A program made the position numbers and the translations under genes. Positions 38,524 to 47,835 of a stretch of 64,000 nucleotides of DNA are shown piece by piece (positions within the stretch are counted from its first letter, which is position 1; each line of letters begins with the position of its first letter). The DNA comes from Betaproteobacteria bacterium (GTDB taxonomy: Bacteria > Pseudomonadota > Gammaproteobacteria > Burkholderiales > Casimicrobiaceae): assembly GCA_027492485.1 (NCBI GenBank), contig JAPUER010000079.1, forward strand, positions 161,844-225,843, in the 5' to 3' direction. The notes below the pieces were generated by a model. The model had not been told where the DNA came from and did not search any database. It saw only the letters and a list, made by a program, of their open reading frames with translations.

Positions 38524-40947
38524 ATGAAAAATATTTTTCTTCGATATGCGCGCCGCGCGTTTTTGTTGGCATCGGCGGCGGCTACGTTGTCCGCGTGGGC
38601 GCAGGTCGACGGCGTGGCAACGTCACCATTAAAGGTTTATGCCGGGGTTGGTGGTACGTATTCGTTCACGGTGACGTACACGGCGCCAACGCCTGCGACG
38701 TCGAATACGGACCTTTTGATTTCCTACACGACCAGCACGTCCTCGCCATCGATCACGCCATATGCGTCATGCATTGATTCTGGCACGTCACCATCACCTT
38801 ACGACGGTAATCAGCCAAACACCAAGTATGTATTTTGGGATGCGGGATTGAGTCTGTTCCCTTCTGCTGCTGCGTGTGGTGGACAGACGGGATCCATCGC
38901 GTTGGCTACGTTTACCGGTACTGTTGCTTCGTTTCCGGCTGGCGGAAGTTTTATAGTTGGAGTGTGGAACAACAACTCCGCCGGTGCTACGAATGATGTA
39001 GCCAACGACGTTACCGTGTGCCAGAAAACCACAGTGGCTAGCGTTACAGCTCCTGCCGACGCGTTCGAAGGCACAGCTCAAACGTTCACGGTGAACTTCG
39101 CGGCGGCGGTTCCTGCCGGTTGTGGCGGTTTCGCCATTCCGGTCGCGTTGTCGGGTACGGCAACGGCTGCGCCGGACAATGTCGCGATCACCACCAACAA
39201 TTGCAGCAACGTCGCCGACGGCCAAGCCTCCTGCACCGTCGTGGTTCAGGGGACGGACGACAACGCTGCCGATGGCACCAAGATCGCCACGCTGACCGTG
39301 ACCGATAGCACCGCAGCATCGGTTTACGTCTCGACGGGCAAGTCCGCAAACGCCAACGTGCTCGACAATGAAATCAGCGCAAGCGTCGTGGCAACTACCG
39401 CGAGTGCGTCTGAAACCGGCCCGGTCAACGGTGTGTTCACCTTCTCTCGCGGCGGCGCCACAACGGCGAGCTTGAATCTGACATCCGCGATCTCGGGTAC
39501 AGCGACGTACACGACCGATTACTCCATCACCGCTGGTACCTGCACTATCGTCTCGCAGAGTGCGTCTTCGATTGTGGTCACCGTGCCTGCGGGCAGCTCG
39601 TCATGTACCGTGAACATTGTTCCGGTGGACGATATGGCGATCGAAAGCGCCGAGACGGTCGTGTTTGCACCGCCAACGGGTACCAACGTCACGTCCTCGG
39701 GTACGAACGCGACCGTGACGATCGCCGACAACGACGCATTGCCGTCGATCAACATCACCACCGCCGGCACTTGCGCGGAAGACCTGACGCCGACCAATTG
39801 CACGTTTACGGTAACGGCAACGAGCAATACCAGTCCGGCGCAATCCGGTTCCGGCCCAAGCGTTCCGTTCGTGCTTTCCGGGACTGCGACCAACAACACG
39901 GACTACAAATTGGTGCTTGGTGCCGACTGCACTGCATCTGCGTTCACCGGGCCGATCGCCACCACTTATGGCACCCCCACCGTGATGACCGTTTGCGTGA
40001 TCGACGACTCGGCGCAGGAGGGTTCGGAGACCGTTGTGATGACGCTTACCGCGAATGCGGCGCAGTACACGCTGACGACGGCGGCGGCGACACAAAATAT
40101 CGCCGACGACGATTCCCCGCAAGTGGTCACGGTCGCTTCGTCCGGCAACCCGGCGGAACAGGGTTCGGCGACGGGTACCTTCACCTTTACTCGCACCGGC
40201 GGCAGCACCGCGGTGAAACAGGCAGCGCTGACGGTCAACGTGACGCTTGGTGGCACGGCAACGTTTGGCACGAGCTGCGCGGCCGGTGTTGACTACCAGT
40301 TGGCAGCGGTTGGCCCGGCAACGGCATCCCTCGCTGCGGCGCCTCGCACCATCACCTTCCCGGCGGGCAGCCCTGCCGTGTCGACCGCGGCGGTCACGGT
40401 GACACCATGTGACGACACGGTCGTTGACCCGAACGAAACGGTCACCATGACGGTAGCGGCACCGAACGCCGCTACCGATTACACCGTCGGTGCCGCGCCC
40501 GGTAACAGCGCGTCGCTAACCATCATCGACAACGAGGTCGGTGTATCGGTTGCCGGAACCGGCGCAGTCGAAGGCAACAATGTGTCGTTCGCCATCACCT
40601 GCACCGGGCCGGCCATGTCGAGCGCTACCGTGAACTTCGCGATCAGTGGCCAGGATTCGGGCGCAACGGTGACGCCGGCTCAAGGCCCGGTGACCGTCAA
40701 CTGCGGTACGCCGACAACGGTGACCGTCAGCACGACCAACGACACCACGGTCGGTAACAACCGCTCCGTGACGATCACGCTGAGCAACCCGGTTGCGCCG
40801 GCGATACTCGTCACGGCTACCGCGTCCGCAGTGGTGGCCGACAACGATCAGCCGCTCACGATCCCGACGATGGGGGTCGCCGGTCTCGGCCTGATGAGCC
40901 TGATGCTCGCCGGCCTGGCTGCGTTCCAGCGCCGTCGTCGCGGTTGA
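38524..40947 (+). CDS. Surface protein: cohesin-like N-domain, five Calx-beta repeats, IPTL-CTERM-type sorting signal
   Basis: Signal peptide; GGTYSFTVTY..DLLISYTT..VFWD..IALATF domain; five repeats ending ..I.DN[DE]/DDD with SGTAT...DY and DD...E..ETV; C-terminal IPTMGVAG-hydrophobic helix-RRRR. Confidence 0.8.
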   Translation: MKNIFLRYARRAFLLASAAATLSAWAQVDGVATSPLKVYAGVGGTYSFTVTYTAPTPATSNTDLLISYTTSTSSPSITPYASCIDSGTSPSPYDGNQPNTKYVFWDAGLSLFPSAAACGGQTGSIALATFTGTVASFPAGGSFIVGVWNNNSAGATNDVANDVTVCQKTTVASVTAPADAFEGTAQTFTVNFAAAVPAGCGGFAIPVALSGTATAAPDNVAITTNNCSNVADGQASCTVVVQGTDDNAADGTKIATLTVTDSTAASVYVSTGKSANANVLDNEISASVVATTASASETGPVNGVFTFSRGGATTASLNLTSAISGTATYTTDYSITAGTCTIVSQSASSIVVTVPAGSSSCTVNIVPVDDMAIESAETVVFAPPTGTNVTSSGTNATVTIADNDALPSINITTAGTCAEDLTPTNCTFTVTATSNTSPAQSGSGPSVPFVLSGTATNNTDYKLVLGADCTASAFTGPIATTYGTPTVMTVCVIDDSAQEGSETVVMTLTANAAQYTLTTAAATQNIADDDSPQVVTVASSGNPAEQGSATGTFTFTRTGGSTAVKQAALTVNVTLGGTATFGTSCAAGVDYQLAAVGPATASLAAAPRTITFPAGSPAVSTAAVTVTPCDDTVVDPNETVTMTVAAPNAATDYTVGAAPGNSASLTIIDNEVGVSVAGTGAVEGNNVSFAITCTGPAMSSATVNFAISGQDSGATVTPAQGPVTVNCGTPTTVTVSTTNDTTVGNNRSVTITLSNPVAPAILVTATASAVVADNDQPLTIPTMGVAGLGLMSLMLAGLAAFQRRRRG

Positions 40948-41006
40948 TGACCGCCTGACATCGACAACCGAGGCCGGTCACAAGGCTCGCCTCCGATGTC
41001 GCGATA

Positions 41007-41037
41007 ACAAAACCCGCTGCGGCGGGTTTTGTCTTTT
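41007..41037 (+). terminator. Rho-independent terminator
   Basis: ACAAAACCCGC-TGCG-GCGGGTTTTGT followed by CTTTT. Confidence 0.8.
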
Positions 41038-41107
41038 CCGCGCCTGTCGAATGCGGTCAACGAACCGCTGTACGCCGCCCGGCGCAACGCGGCGCTACAC
41101 TGCACGG

Positions 41108-42526
41108 ATGAATACCGCCTGCTGGTTGTCCGCATCCGACCTGTCGCGCCAGCTAGACGTAGGCGGCGTCACGTCCGCCGAGGCAGTGCACGCAGTGTTC
41201 GATCGCATCGCGCAGTGCGAGCCAAAGCTCAACGCCATTTATCTCAACAAGGCACACAGCGCCAGGGCGGCGGCGGACGCGTCCGACGCGCGCTGGGCCG
41301 CCGGCAAGCCGCTTGGCCCGCTGGACGGGGTTCCGGTCACCATCAAGGAGAACCTCTACACCGTCGGCGATCCGGCGCCGATCGGCACTGCCGCCAATAC
41401 CGTCGAACCAAAGACGGTGAACTCGCCGGTGGCGGATCGCCTGCGCGAGGCCGGACTGGTGCTCGTCGGCAAGACGACGATGCCGGACTTCGGCATGCTT
41501 TCCAGCGGACAATCGAGCTTTCACGGCGTCACCCGCAACCCGTGGCAACTTAACCGCAATCCCGGCGGCTCAAGCTCCGGCGCCGGCGCGGCTTGCGCCG
41601 CCGGCTACGGCCCGCTGCACATCGGCACCGACATTGGCGGTTCGATCCGCTTGCCGGCCAGCTTCTGCGGCATTTACGGCCTGAAGCCTTCGCTTGGCCG
41701 AGTGCCGATCAACCCGCCTTACATGGGTCGGGTGGCCGGCCCGATGGCGCGCACCGTGCTCGACGCCGCAATGCTGATGAACGCGATCGCGCGTCCGGAC
41801 CCGGATCACCGCGACTTTATGAATCTGCCGGCGCAAGCGGTCGACTATGCGGCCGAGCTGGAGCGGTTCTCGCTGAAAGGCAAGCGCATTGGCGTGCTGA
41901 CCGATATGAAAGTGGGTCGCGAGGTGCAGGCCGACGTCGCGGCAGCGGCGTGGGAATGCGGGCAATTGCTCGAAAAGCACGGCGCCCGCGTCGAACCGAT
42001 GCGGCCCTTCCTCAGCCGCGACATGCTCGATGGCATTTGCGGTTTTTTCGAGGCGCGCAGTCACCTCGACATCACGCGGCTGCCGGAGGCGACGCGGGCG
42101 AAGATCCTGCCGTTCATCGTGCACTGGGCGACATGGCGTGCCAAAAAGTTTTCCGGCGACACCGTGATGGCGTTTTACGCGCAGGTGATGGCGATGCGCG
42201 AGGCAACGGTCCAGGCGACGCAGGGCTTCGACTTCGTAATCTCCCCGACCAGCCCGATTCCGGCGTTCGAGGCCGAATACTGCTGCCCCGACAACGACCC
42301 GGAGCGTGCGCTCGAACATATCGCTTTCACCGTCCCCTACAACATGAGCGAGCAACCCGCCGCGTCGATCAATTGGAGCTATTCCACGCAGATGCGTACC
42401 GCCGGCCTGCCGATCGGGGTGCAGATCGCCGGCCGCCGCTTCGACGATCTCGGCGTGCTGCAGCTGTCGCGGGTCATCGAGCAAATCCGGCCGACGCAGC
42501 GACCGTGGCCGGTACACATTGCCTGA
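41108..42526 (+). CDS. Amidase signature family protein
   Basis: TIKEN, GGSSSG and GTDIGGSIRLPAS motifs. Confidence 0.93.
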   Translation: MNTACWLSASDLSRQLDVGGVTSAEAVHAVFDRIAQCEPKLNAIYLNKAHSARAAADASDARWAAGKPLGPLDGVPVTIKENLYTVGDPAPIGTAANTVEPKTVNSPVADRLREAGLVLVGKTTMPDFGMLSSGQSSFHGVTRNPWQLNRNPGGSSSGAGAACAAGYGPLHIGTDIGGSIRLPASFCGIYGLKPSLGRVPINPPYMGRVAGPMARTVLDAAMLMNAIARPDPDHRDFMNLPAQAVDYAAELERFSLKGKRIGVLTDMKVGREVQADVAAAAWECGQLLEKHGARVEPMRPFLSRDMLDGICGFFEARSHLDITRLPEATRAKILPFIVHWATWRAKKFSGDTVMAFYAQVMAMREATVQATQGFDFVISPTSPIPAFEAEYCCPDNDPERALEHIAFTVPYNMSEQPAASINWSYSTQMRTAGLPIGVQIAGRRFDDLGVLQLSRVIEQIRPTQRPWPVHIA

Positions 42527-42608
42527 GCGCCGCGCCGCGTTGTTCCGTTCCATAGTTCTTCCGTACCGTCCGTTTCAACCGTCTGCAACCAAAAAACCTG
42601 AGGACCAC

Positions 42609-44192
42609 ATGAAGATTGCCAAGCTTGTAACCGCCGTTGCGCTCGCATCGGCGGCTGTTCTGGCGGTAACGCCGGTGCTCGCACAACAAAAGGTGCTCAA
42701 AGTCGCGCCGCACGCTTTTCCCGCGAACCTCGATCCGTTCAACGTGACCGCCTACATCACCCGCAACCACGGCTACATGGTCTACGACACGCTGTTCGCC
42801 ACCGACGAGAAGGGCGCGATCAAGCCGCAGATGGTCGACAAATGGGTGGTCAGCCCGGACGGCAAGACCTACACCTTCACGCTGCGCGACAAGCTGGAGT
42901 TTCACGACGGCAAGCCGGTGACCGGTGAGGACTGCGTTGCCTCGCTCAAGCGCTGGGGCGCGCGCGACACCTTCGGCCAGAAGTTGATGACCTTCGTCGA
43001 CAAGATGGAAGCGGTGGACGGCAAAACTTTCCGCATCCTGCTGAAAGAACCCACCGGCATCGTGCTCGATGCGCTCGGCAAACCGTCGTCGAACCCGGCC
43101 TTCATCATGCCAGCGCGGGTGGCGGCGACCGATCCGTTCAAGGTGATCGACGACTACACCGGCTCCGGCCCCTACGTGTTCAAGAAGGACGAGTACAAGC
43201 CCGGCGTGCAGTCGATCTATCTGAAGAACACCAAGTACGTGCCACGCAGCGAGCCGCCGTCGGGGCTTGCCGGCGGCAAGAAGGTGTTTGTCGACCGCGT
43301 CGAATGGCTGGCGCTGAAGGACGCCCAGACCCAGCTCAACGCGCTGCTCGCTGGCGAGATCGACATCATCGAGCAACCGGCGTTCGAGCAATACCCGCAA
43401 CTGCGCAAGGACAACCGGGTCAGCATCGTCGACACCGGCACCGTGAACTACCAGTACGTGATGCGTTTCAACCATCTGGTGCCGCCGTTCAACAACCCGA
43501 AAGTTCGCGAGGCGGCGATGTGGGCGATGAATCAGGAGGCCTTCCTGCGCGCCCAGGTCGGCCCCGAGAACGAAGGCATGTTCTTCACCTGCCCGAGCAT
43601 GTATCCCTGCGGCACGCCGCTGGCGACGCCGAAAGGCAGCGAATTCATGGTCAAGGGCAACATGGCCAAGGCGCAGCAATTGCTGAAGGAATCGGGCTAC
43701 GACGGCAAGCCGATCGTGGTGCTGCGTCCGACCGACCTGCAATCCATCCACAAACTGCCACTGGTGGCCACGCAACTGCTGCGCCAGGCCGGCTTCAAGG
43801 TCGATCTGATCACCATGGACTGGGGCTCGCTGGTGGCACGCCGCGCCAAGAAGGAGCCGGCGGACCAGGGCGGCTGGAACATCTTCCTGACCGCTTGGGT
43901 CGGCGCCGACATCATGAACCCGCTGACCAGCGCGCCGCTCGGCGGCAACGGCGAAAAGGGCTGGGCTGGCTGGGCAACCGACGCCGAACTCGAGAAGCTG
44001 CGCGACCAGTACGCCCGCGCCACCACCGAGGCCGACAAGAAGCGCATCGCCGAGGCCGTGCAGGTGCGCGCCACGCAGGTCGGCACCCACGCGATTCTTG
44101 GTGAATACAAGAACCCGGCGGCAACCCGCAAGAACATTTCCGGTGTGCTGAAAACCGCCGGCTCGGCGTATTGGAACATCCAGAAGAACTGA
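42609..44192 (+). CDS. Family 5 (peptide/nickel) ABC substrate-binding protein
   Basis: Signal peptide, HGYMVYDTLF, FTLRDKLEFHDG and GSGPY motifs. Confidence 0.92.
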   Translation: MKIAKLVTAVALASAAVLAVTPVLAQQKVLKVAPHAFPANLDPFNVTAYITRNHGYMVYDTLFATDEKGAIKPQMVDKWVVSPDGKTYTFTLRDKLEFHDGKPVTGEDCVASLKRWGARDTFGQKLMTFVDKMEAVDGKTFRILLKEPTGIVLDALGKPSSNPAFIMPARVAATDPFKVIDDYTGSGPYVFKKDEYKPGVQSIYLKNTKYVPRSEPPSGLAGGKKVFVDRVEWLALKDAQTQLNALLAGEIDIIEQPAFEQYPQLRKDNRVSIVDTGTVNYQYVMRFNHLVPPFNNPKVREAAMWAMNQEAFLRAQVGPENEGMFFTCPSMYPCGTPLATPKGSEFMVKGNMAKAQQLLKESGYDGKPIVVLRPTDLQSIHKLPLVATQLLRQAGFKVDLITMDWGSLVARRAKKEPADQGGWNIFLTAWVGADIMNPLTSAPLGGNGEKGWAGWATDAELEKLRDQYARATTEADKKRIAEAVQVRATQVGTHAILGEYKNPAATRKNISGVLKTAGSAYWNIQKN

Positions 44193-44214
44193 GAGAACCC
44201 GGTCGACTGGACTA

Positions 44215-44334
44215 TCAGCTTTTGGATGAAACGCCCATTCCAATTGGGCTCAACGCATGAAATGATCGAAAGTCGACTTTAGGCAAAACAACGACTGAAG
44301 CCCCGCTCCGGCGGGGCTTTTCACTTGAAGGTGC
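44215..44334. repeat. Dyad intergenic element copy C (right arm overlain by a terminator)
   Basis: TCAGCTTTT-N12-CATTCCAATTGGGCT-N7-TGAAATGA-N6-GTCGAC(44272-44277): all four blocks identical to copy A. Confidence 0.82.
44297..44321 (+). terminator. Rho-independent terminator
   Basis: GAAGCCCCGC-TCCG-GCGGGGCTTTT. Confidence 0.75.
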
Positions 44335-44336
44335 TC

Positions 44337-45737
44337 ATGGATTCCCTGTTGTTCAAATCGGTACGCGATCTCTCCGCGCTGCTCGTTTCGCGTGAGCTTT
44401 CCGCCCGCGAACTGCTCGACGCCAGCCTGGCGCGCATCGAGCGCATCAATCCGGCGCTCAATGCCATCGTCACCCTCGATCGCGACGGCGCCTATGCCAA
44501 CGCCGACGCCATCGACGCCCGCCGCGCGCAGGGGCTGCCAACCTCGCCGCTGGCCGGACTGCCGATTGCGATCAAGGATCTGGAGCCGGTCAAGGGCATG
44601 CGCACCACGATGGGCTCGCCGATCTTCAAGGACTGGCGGCCGGATTTCGATTCGCTGATGATCGAGCGCTTCCGCTCGCACGGCCTGAGCATTCTCGGCA
44701 AGACCAACACGCCGGAGTTCGGGCTCGGCAGCCAAACCTTCAACGCCGTCTTCGGCGCCACCAAAAACCCCTGGGACGCGACCAAAACCTGCGGCGGCTC
44801 GTCCGGCGGCGCCGCGGTTGCGGTGGCGACCGGCATGCTGCCATTCGCCGATGGTTCCGACATGGGCGGCAGCCTGCGCAATCCGGCCAACTTCTGCGGT
44901 ACCGTCGGCCTGCGCCCATCGCCGGGACGGGTGCCGACTTATCCCTCGCTCAATCTGTGGGGCACCCTTGGCGTGCTCGGGCCGATTGCGCGCACCGCCG
45001 AGGATGCCGGCTGGCTGCTTTCGGTGCAGGCGGGGGACGATCCACGCGTCGCGCTGGGCCGCTGCGGCGACCCGACGCTGTTCCGGCAACCGCTGGATCG
45101 CGACTTCAAGGGTGCCCGCATCGCCTGGAGCCCGACGCTGGGCGGCTTGCCAGTCGAGCAGGGCGTGCGCGATGCGCTCGAAAAGTCGCTCAAGCGCTTC
45201 GAGGCCATCGGCGCGGTGATCGAGGAGGCTGCGCCGGACTTGTCCATCGCCGACGATGCCTTCCAGGCGCAGCGGGCACTGCATCTGGTCAGCTCGCTCG
45301 GCGCCCACTACCGCGACCAACGGCACCTGCTCAAAGACACCGCCGTGTGGAACATCGAACAGGGCCTCAAGCTGACCGGCGAGCAGATCGCGGCGGCGCA
45401 AGCGGCGCAGTCGAAGTGCTTCGAGCGCATGCAGCGCTTCCTGACCCGCTACGACTACTTCATCTGTCCGGTCAATCAGGTGCTGCCGTTCGCGGTCACC
45501 ACCCCGTACCCGATGGCGATCGACGGTGTGCAACTGGGCAACTATCTCGACTGGATGAAGTCGGCGTGTCGCATCACGATGACTTCGCATCCGGCCGCCA
45601 GTGCGCCGGTCGCTTTCGCGGCAAACGGTTTGCCGGTCGGCATGCAGATCGTCGGCCATTACGGCGCCGAGCTTGAGGTGCTGCAACTGGTGCATGCGGT
45701 GCAGTTGCCGCTGGCGGAGCGCACGCCCTCGATTTGA
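44337..45737 (+). CDS. Amidase signature family protein
   Basis: AIKDL, GKTNTPEFG, GGSSGG and GSDMGGSLRNPA motifs. Confidence 0.93.
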   Translation: MDSLLFKSVRDLSALLVSRELSARELLDASLARIERINPALNAIVTLDRDGAYANADAIDARRAQGLPTSPLAGLPIAIKDLEPVKGMRTTMGSPIFKDWRPDFDSLMIERFRSHGLSILGKTNTPEFGLGSQTFNAVFGATKNPWDATKTCGGSSGGAAVAVATGMLPFADGSDMGGSLRNPANFCGTVGLRPSPGRVPTYPSLNLWGTLGVLGPIARTAEDAGWLLSVQAGDDPRVALGRCGDPTLFRQPLDRDFKGARIAWSPTLGGLPVEQGVRDALEKSLKRFEAIGAVIEEAAPDLSIADDAFQAQRALHLVSSLGAHYRDQRHLLKDTAVWNIEQGLKLTGEQIAAAQAAQSKCFERMQRFLTRYDYFICPVNQVLPFAVTTPYPMAIDGVQLGNYLDWMKSACRITMTSHPAASAPVAFAANGLPVGMQIVGHYGAELEVLQLVHAVQLPLAERTPSI

Positions 45738-45890
45738 CGCACGCGGCATGCCGGCGTGATATGCCGCCGTCGTCGGAAATCTCCGGTTTATCGCGAAACG
45801 CGTCGTAACTGCGCGAATCTGCGTCGAACTCGATATTTTTTCGCGCCTTCGTCCGCATAATGCTCGTTTCGGACAGCGAGGAAGCGTGGC

Positions 45891-47042
45891 GTGAAGTCGA
45901 TCGCGGTGACGCCTGAGCAGTATCGGGCGCACTACTGGGCAATGGACGTGGAACAGTGGCGTTTCGCGCTGATGCTGTTTCTCGTGCCGACGGTCCTGTT
46001 CGTCTGGTTCGACTACAAGCTAAACGGCGCCACCGCACTGTTCTTCGGTTTCGTTGCCATGCGACTGGCGATGGCAAGCTATTCGTTGTGGCTGATTTTT
46101 GCGCTGCGAAGGATGCAGGACCGGCGGATGGCGGAGCAGCTATTGTCGCTGTGGACGCTTTGCGGTATCGCGGCCTTTGCGTTCAACGCACTGGGGCGAC
46201 CGCCGGAATTCTTCGGTCACTACGTCTTTGAAGTCTTCGCGCTGATGCTGTTCTTCTCGGCGATGCCGATGCAGCCAAAAGCGCAACTTGCGGTGGGCAT
46301 CGCCTATCTGGCGGTGGCGTTACCGATACTGTTTCTCTACAAGCAGCCGCCCAATGCGGTCTATACCAGCAATACTGCGGCGGTGATGCTGCTGACGGTG
46401 GTCAGTGGCTATCTGATCGCGCGGCGCATTCGCGACTATCGCTTTGCCGCGTTGCTCGCGCAGCTCAAGCTCGAACACCAGGCGCGAACCGATGCGCTGA
46501 CCGGCATCGCGAACCGCCGCGCTTTTCTCGATGCGGCGCAGCAGGAAATGTCGCGGGCCAATCGCAGCGAGTCGCCGTTGACGGTTTTAATGCTCGACAT
46601 CGACCATTTCAAGCGGATCAACGATCGCTTCGGGCACGACGTCGGCGATAGCCTGCTGGTCGAGTTTGCCCGCCGCATCGAAGCCGGGCTGCGCGGCTAC
46701 GACGAGTTCGCGCGCCTTGGCGGCGAGGAGTTTGCCGTGATGCTGCCCGACTGCGATCTCGAACAGGCGGTGGCGACCGCAGAACGGCTGCGGCGCGCGA
46801 TCGGCGGCGAACCGTTCCGGGTGCGCAACAACACGGTGCCGATGACGGTCAGCATCGGCACCAGCGTTGTCCATGCCGCCGAAACCCTGATCGATGGCGC
46901 ACTCAGTCGTGCCGACAACGCCCTCTATACCGCCAAGGACAACGGCCGCGACCGCGTCGAGGCGGTAGAGTATCGGCGGCCACCGATCCCATTCAAGCCG
47001 GCGTCAGCCACCAGCGTGCCACGGAAGAAGGCCGGCGGCTGA
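45891..47042 (+). CDS. Membrane-bound diguanylate cyclase
   Basis: About six N-terminal TMs; TDALTG.ANRR, DIDHFK.IND.FGH, RxxD I-site (RGYD) and GGEEF. Confidence 0.93.
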   Translation: MKSIAVTPEQYRAHYWAMDVEQWRFALMLFLVPTVLFVWFDYKLNGATALFFGFVAMRLAMASYSLWLIFALRRMQDRRMAEQLLSLWTLCGIAAFAFNALGRPPEFFGHYVFEVFALMLFFSAMPMQPKAQLAVGIAYLAVALPILFLYKQPPNAVYTSNTAAVMLLTVVSGYLIARRIRDYRFAALLAQLKLEHQARTDALTGIANRRAFLDAAQQEMSRANRSESPLTVLMLDIDHFKRINDRFGHDVGDSLLVEFARRIEAGLRGYDEFARLGGEEFAVMLPDCDLEQAVATAERLRRAIGGEPFRVRNNTVPMTVSIGTSVVHAAETLIDGALSRADNALYTAKDNGRDRVEAVEYRRPPIPFKPASATSVPRKKAGG

Positions 47043-47068
47043 CGGTGCTCGTTACGGGCCGATCGCGA

Positions 47069-47725
47069 TCAGAAGCGATCGCGGTCGCGATTCACCGTGT
47101 TGTCGTTGCTGGCCACGGTGCCGAGCAGCACCGGCTTCAGGGTGTCGTCGATCGGCTTCGGGCCCAGCCAGATTTGCAGCAGAGCATTGAAGAACGACTC
47201 GTCGGTAAAGGTGTCGCCGGTTTTCTTGCCGTTGATAAGGATGACCATCCCGGTGCCTGGCAGCAGATCGATGGTGATGCTTTCGCCCTTTTTGAGCGAC
47301 GGAATGGTGCCGAAGATGGCGCCCAGTTTGAGCAGATTGTCGAAATGCTTCTGCTGTTCAGCCGCCGACAGGTTGGCGCGCATGCCGCCGAGCAGGCCTT
47401 TCGAAAAGTCGTTCGAGTTGACTTCGCGAAGCAGCGCCAGATGAACGCGCTTGGCGCCTTTGAGGGCGCCGATCTCGTTGCTGCTGTTGCGTTTTTGCGG
47501 CAGGTATAGCGACGCTACGTAGACGCGCACGAAGCCTGCCGCCGCGTAGCGGATGCCGGCACCGTTCAGCACCAGCTCCTGATTGGCGACGCGGACTTTT
47601 TCGTCCACCTTCAGGCCCGCTACGTCGAGCGCAAACGCGCCGTGCGACCCAGCCATCAGACCGGCCAGCAGCATCGACGCAAACACGGCACGGCCCGCTT
47701 GCCGCGCGGGCATAAACATCCGCAT
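47069..47725 (-). CDS. Chalcone isomerase-like family exported protein
   Basis: LVLNGAGIR..VYVASLYL..FFNALLQIWLG.KP..LK..LLG; GGAGGA RBS before ATG at 47725. Confidence 0.85.
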   Translation of the reverse strand: MRMFMPARQAGRAVFASMLLAGLMAGSHGAFALDVAGLKVDEKVRVANQELVLNGAGIRYAAAGFVRVYVASLYLPQKRNSSNEIGALKGAKRVHLALLREVNSNDFSKGLLGGMRANLSAAEQQKHFDNLLKLGAIFGTIPSLKKGESITIDLLPGTGMVILINGKKTGDTFTDESFFNALLQIWLGPKPIDDTLKPVLLGTVASNDNTVNRDRDRF

Positions 47726-47835
47726 AAATCCTCCGCTTTCGGGTTGCGGCGGCATCGACATCGTGCGCGCCTCAGACAATTGAACCGAGAGTTTAGGCAG
47801 TTTCGCGGCCGCCCGCCGCGAATCCGCGCAAGCCC

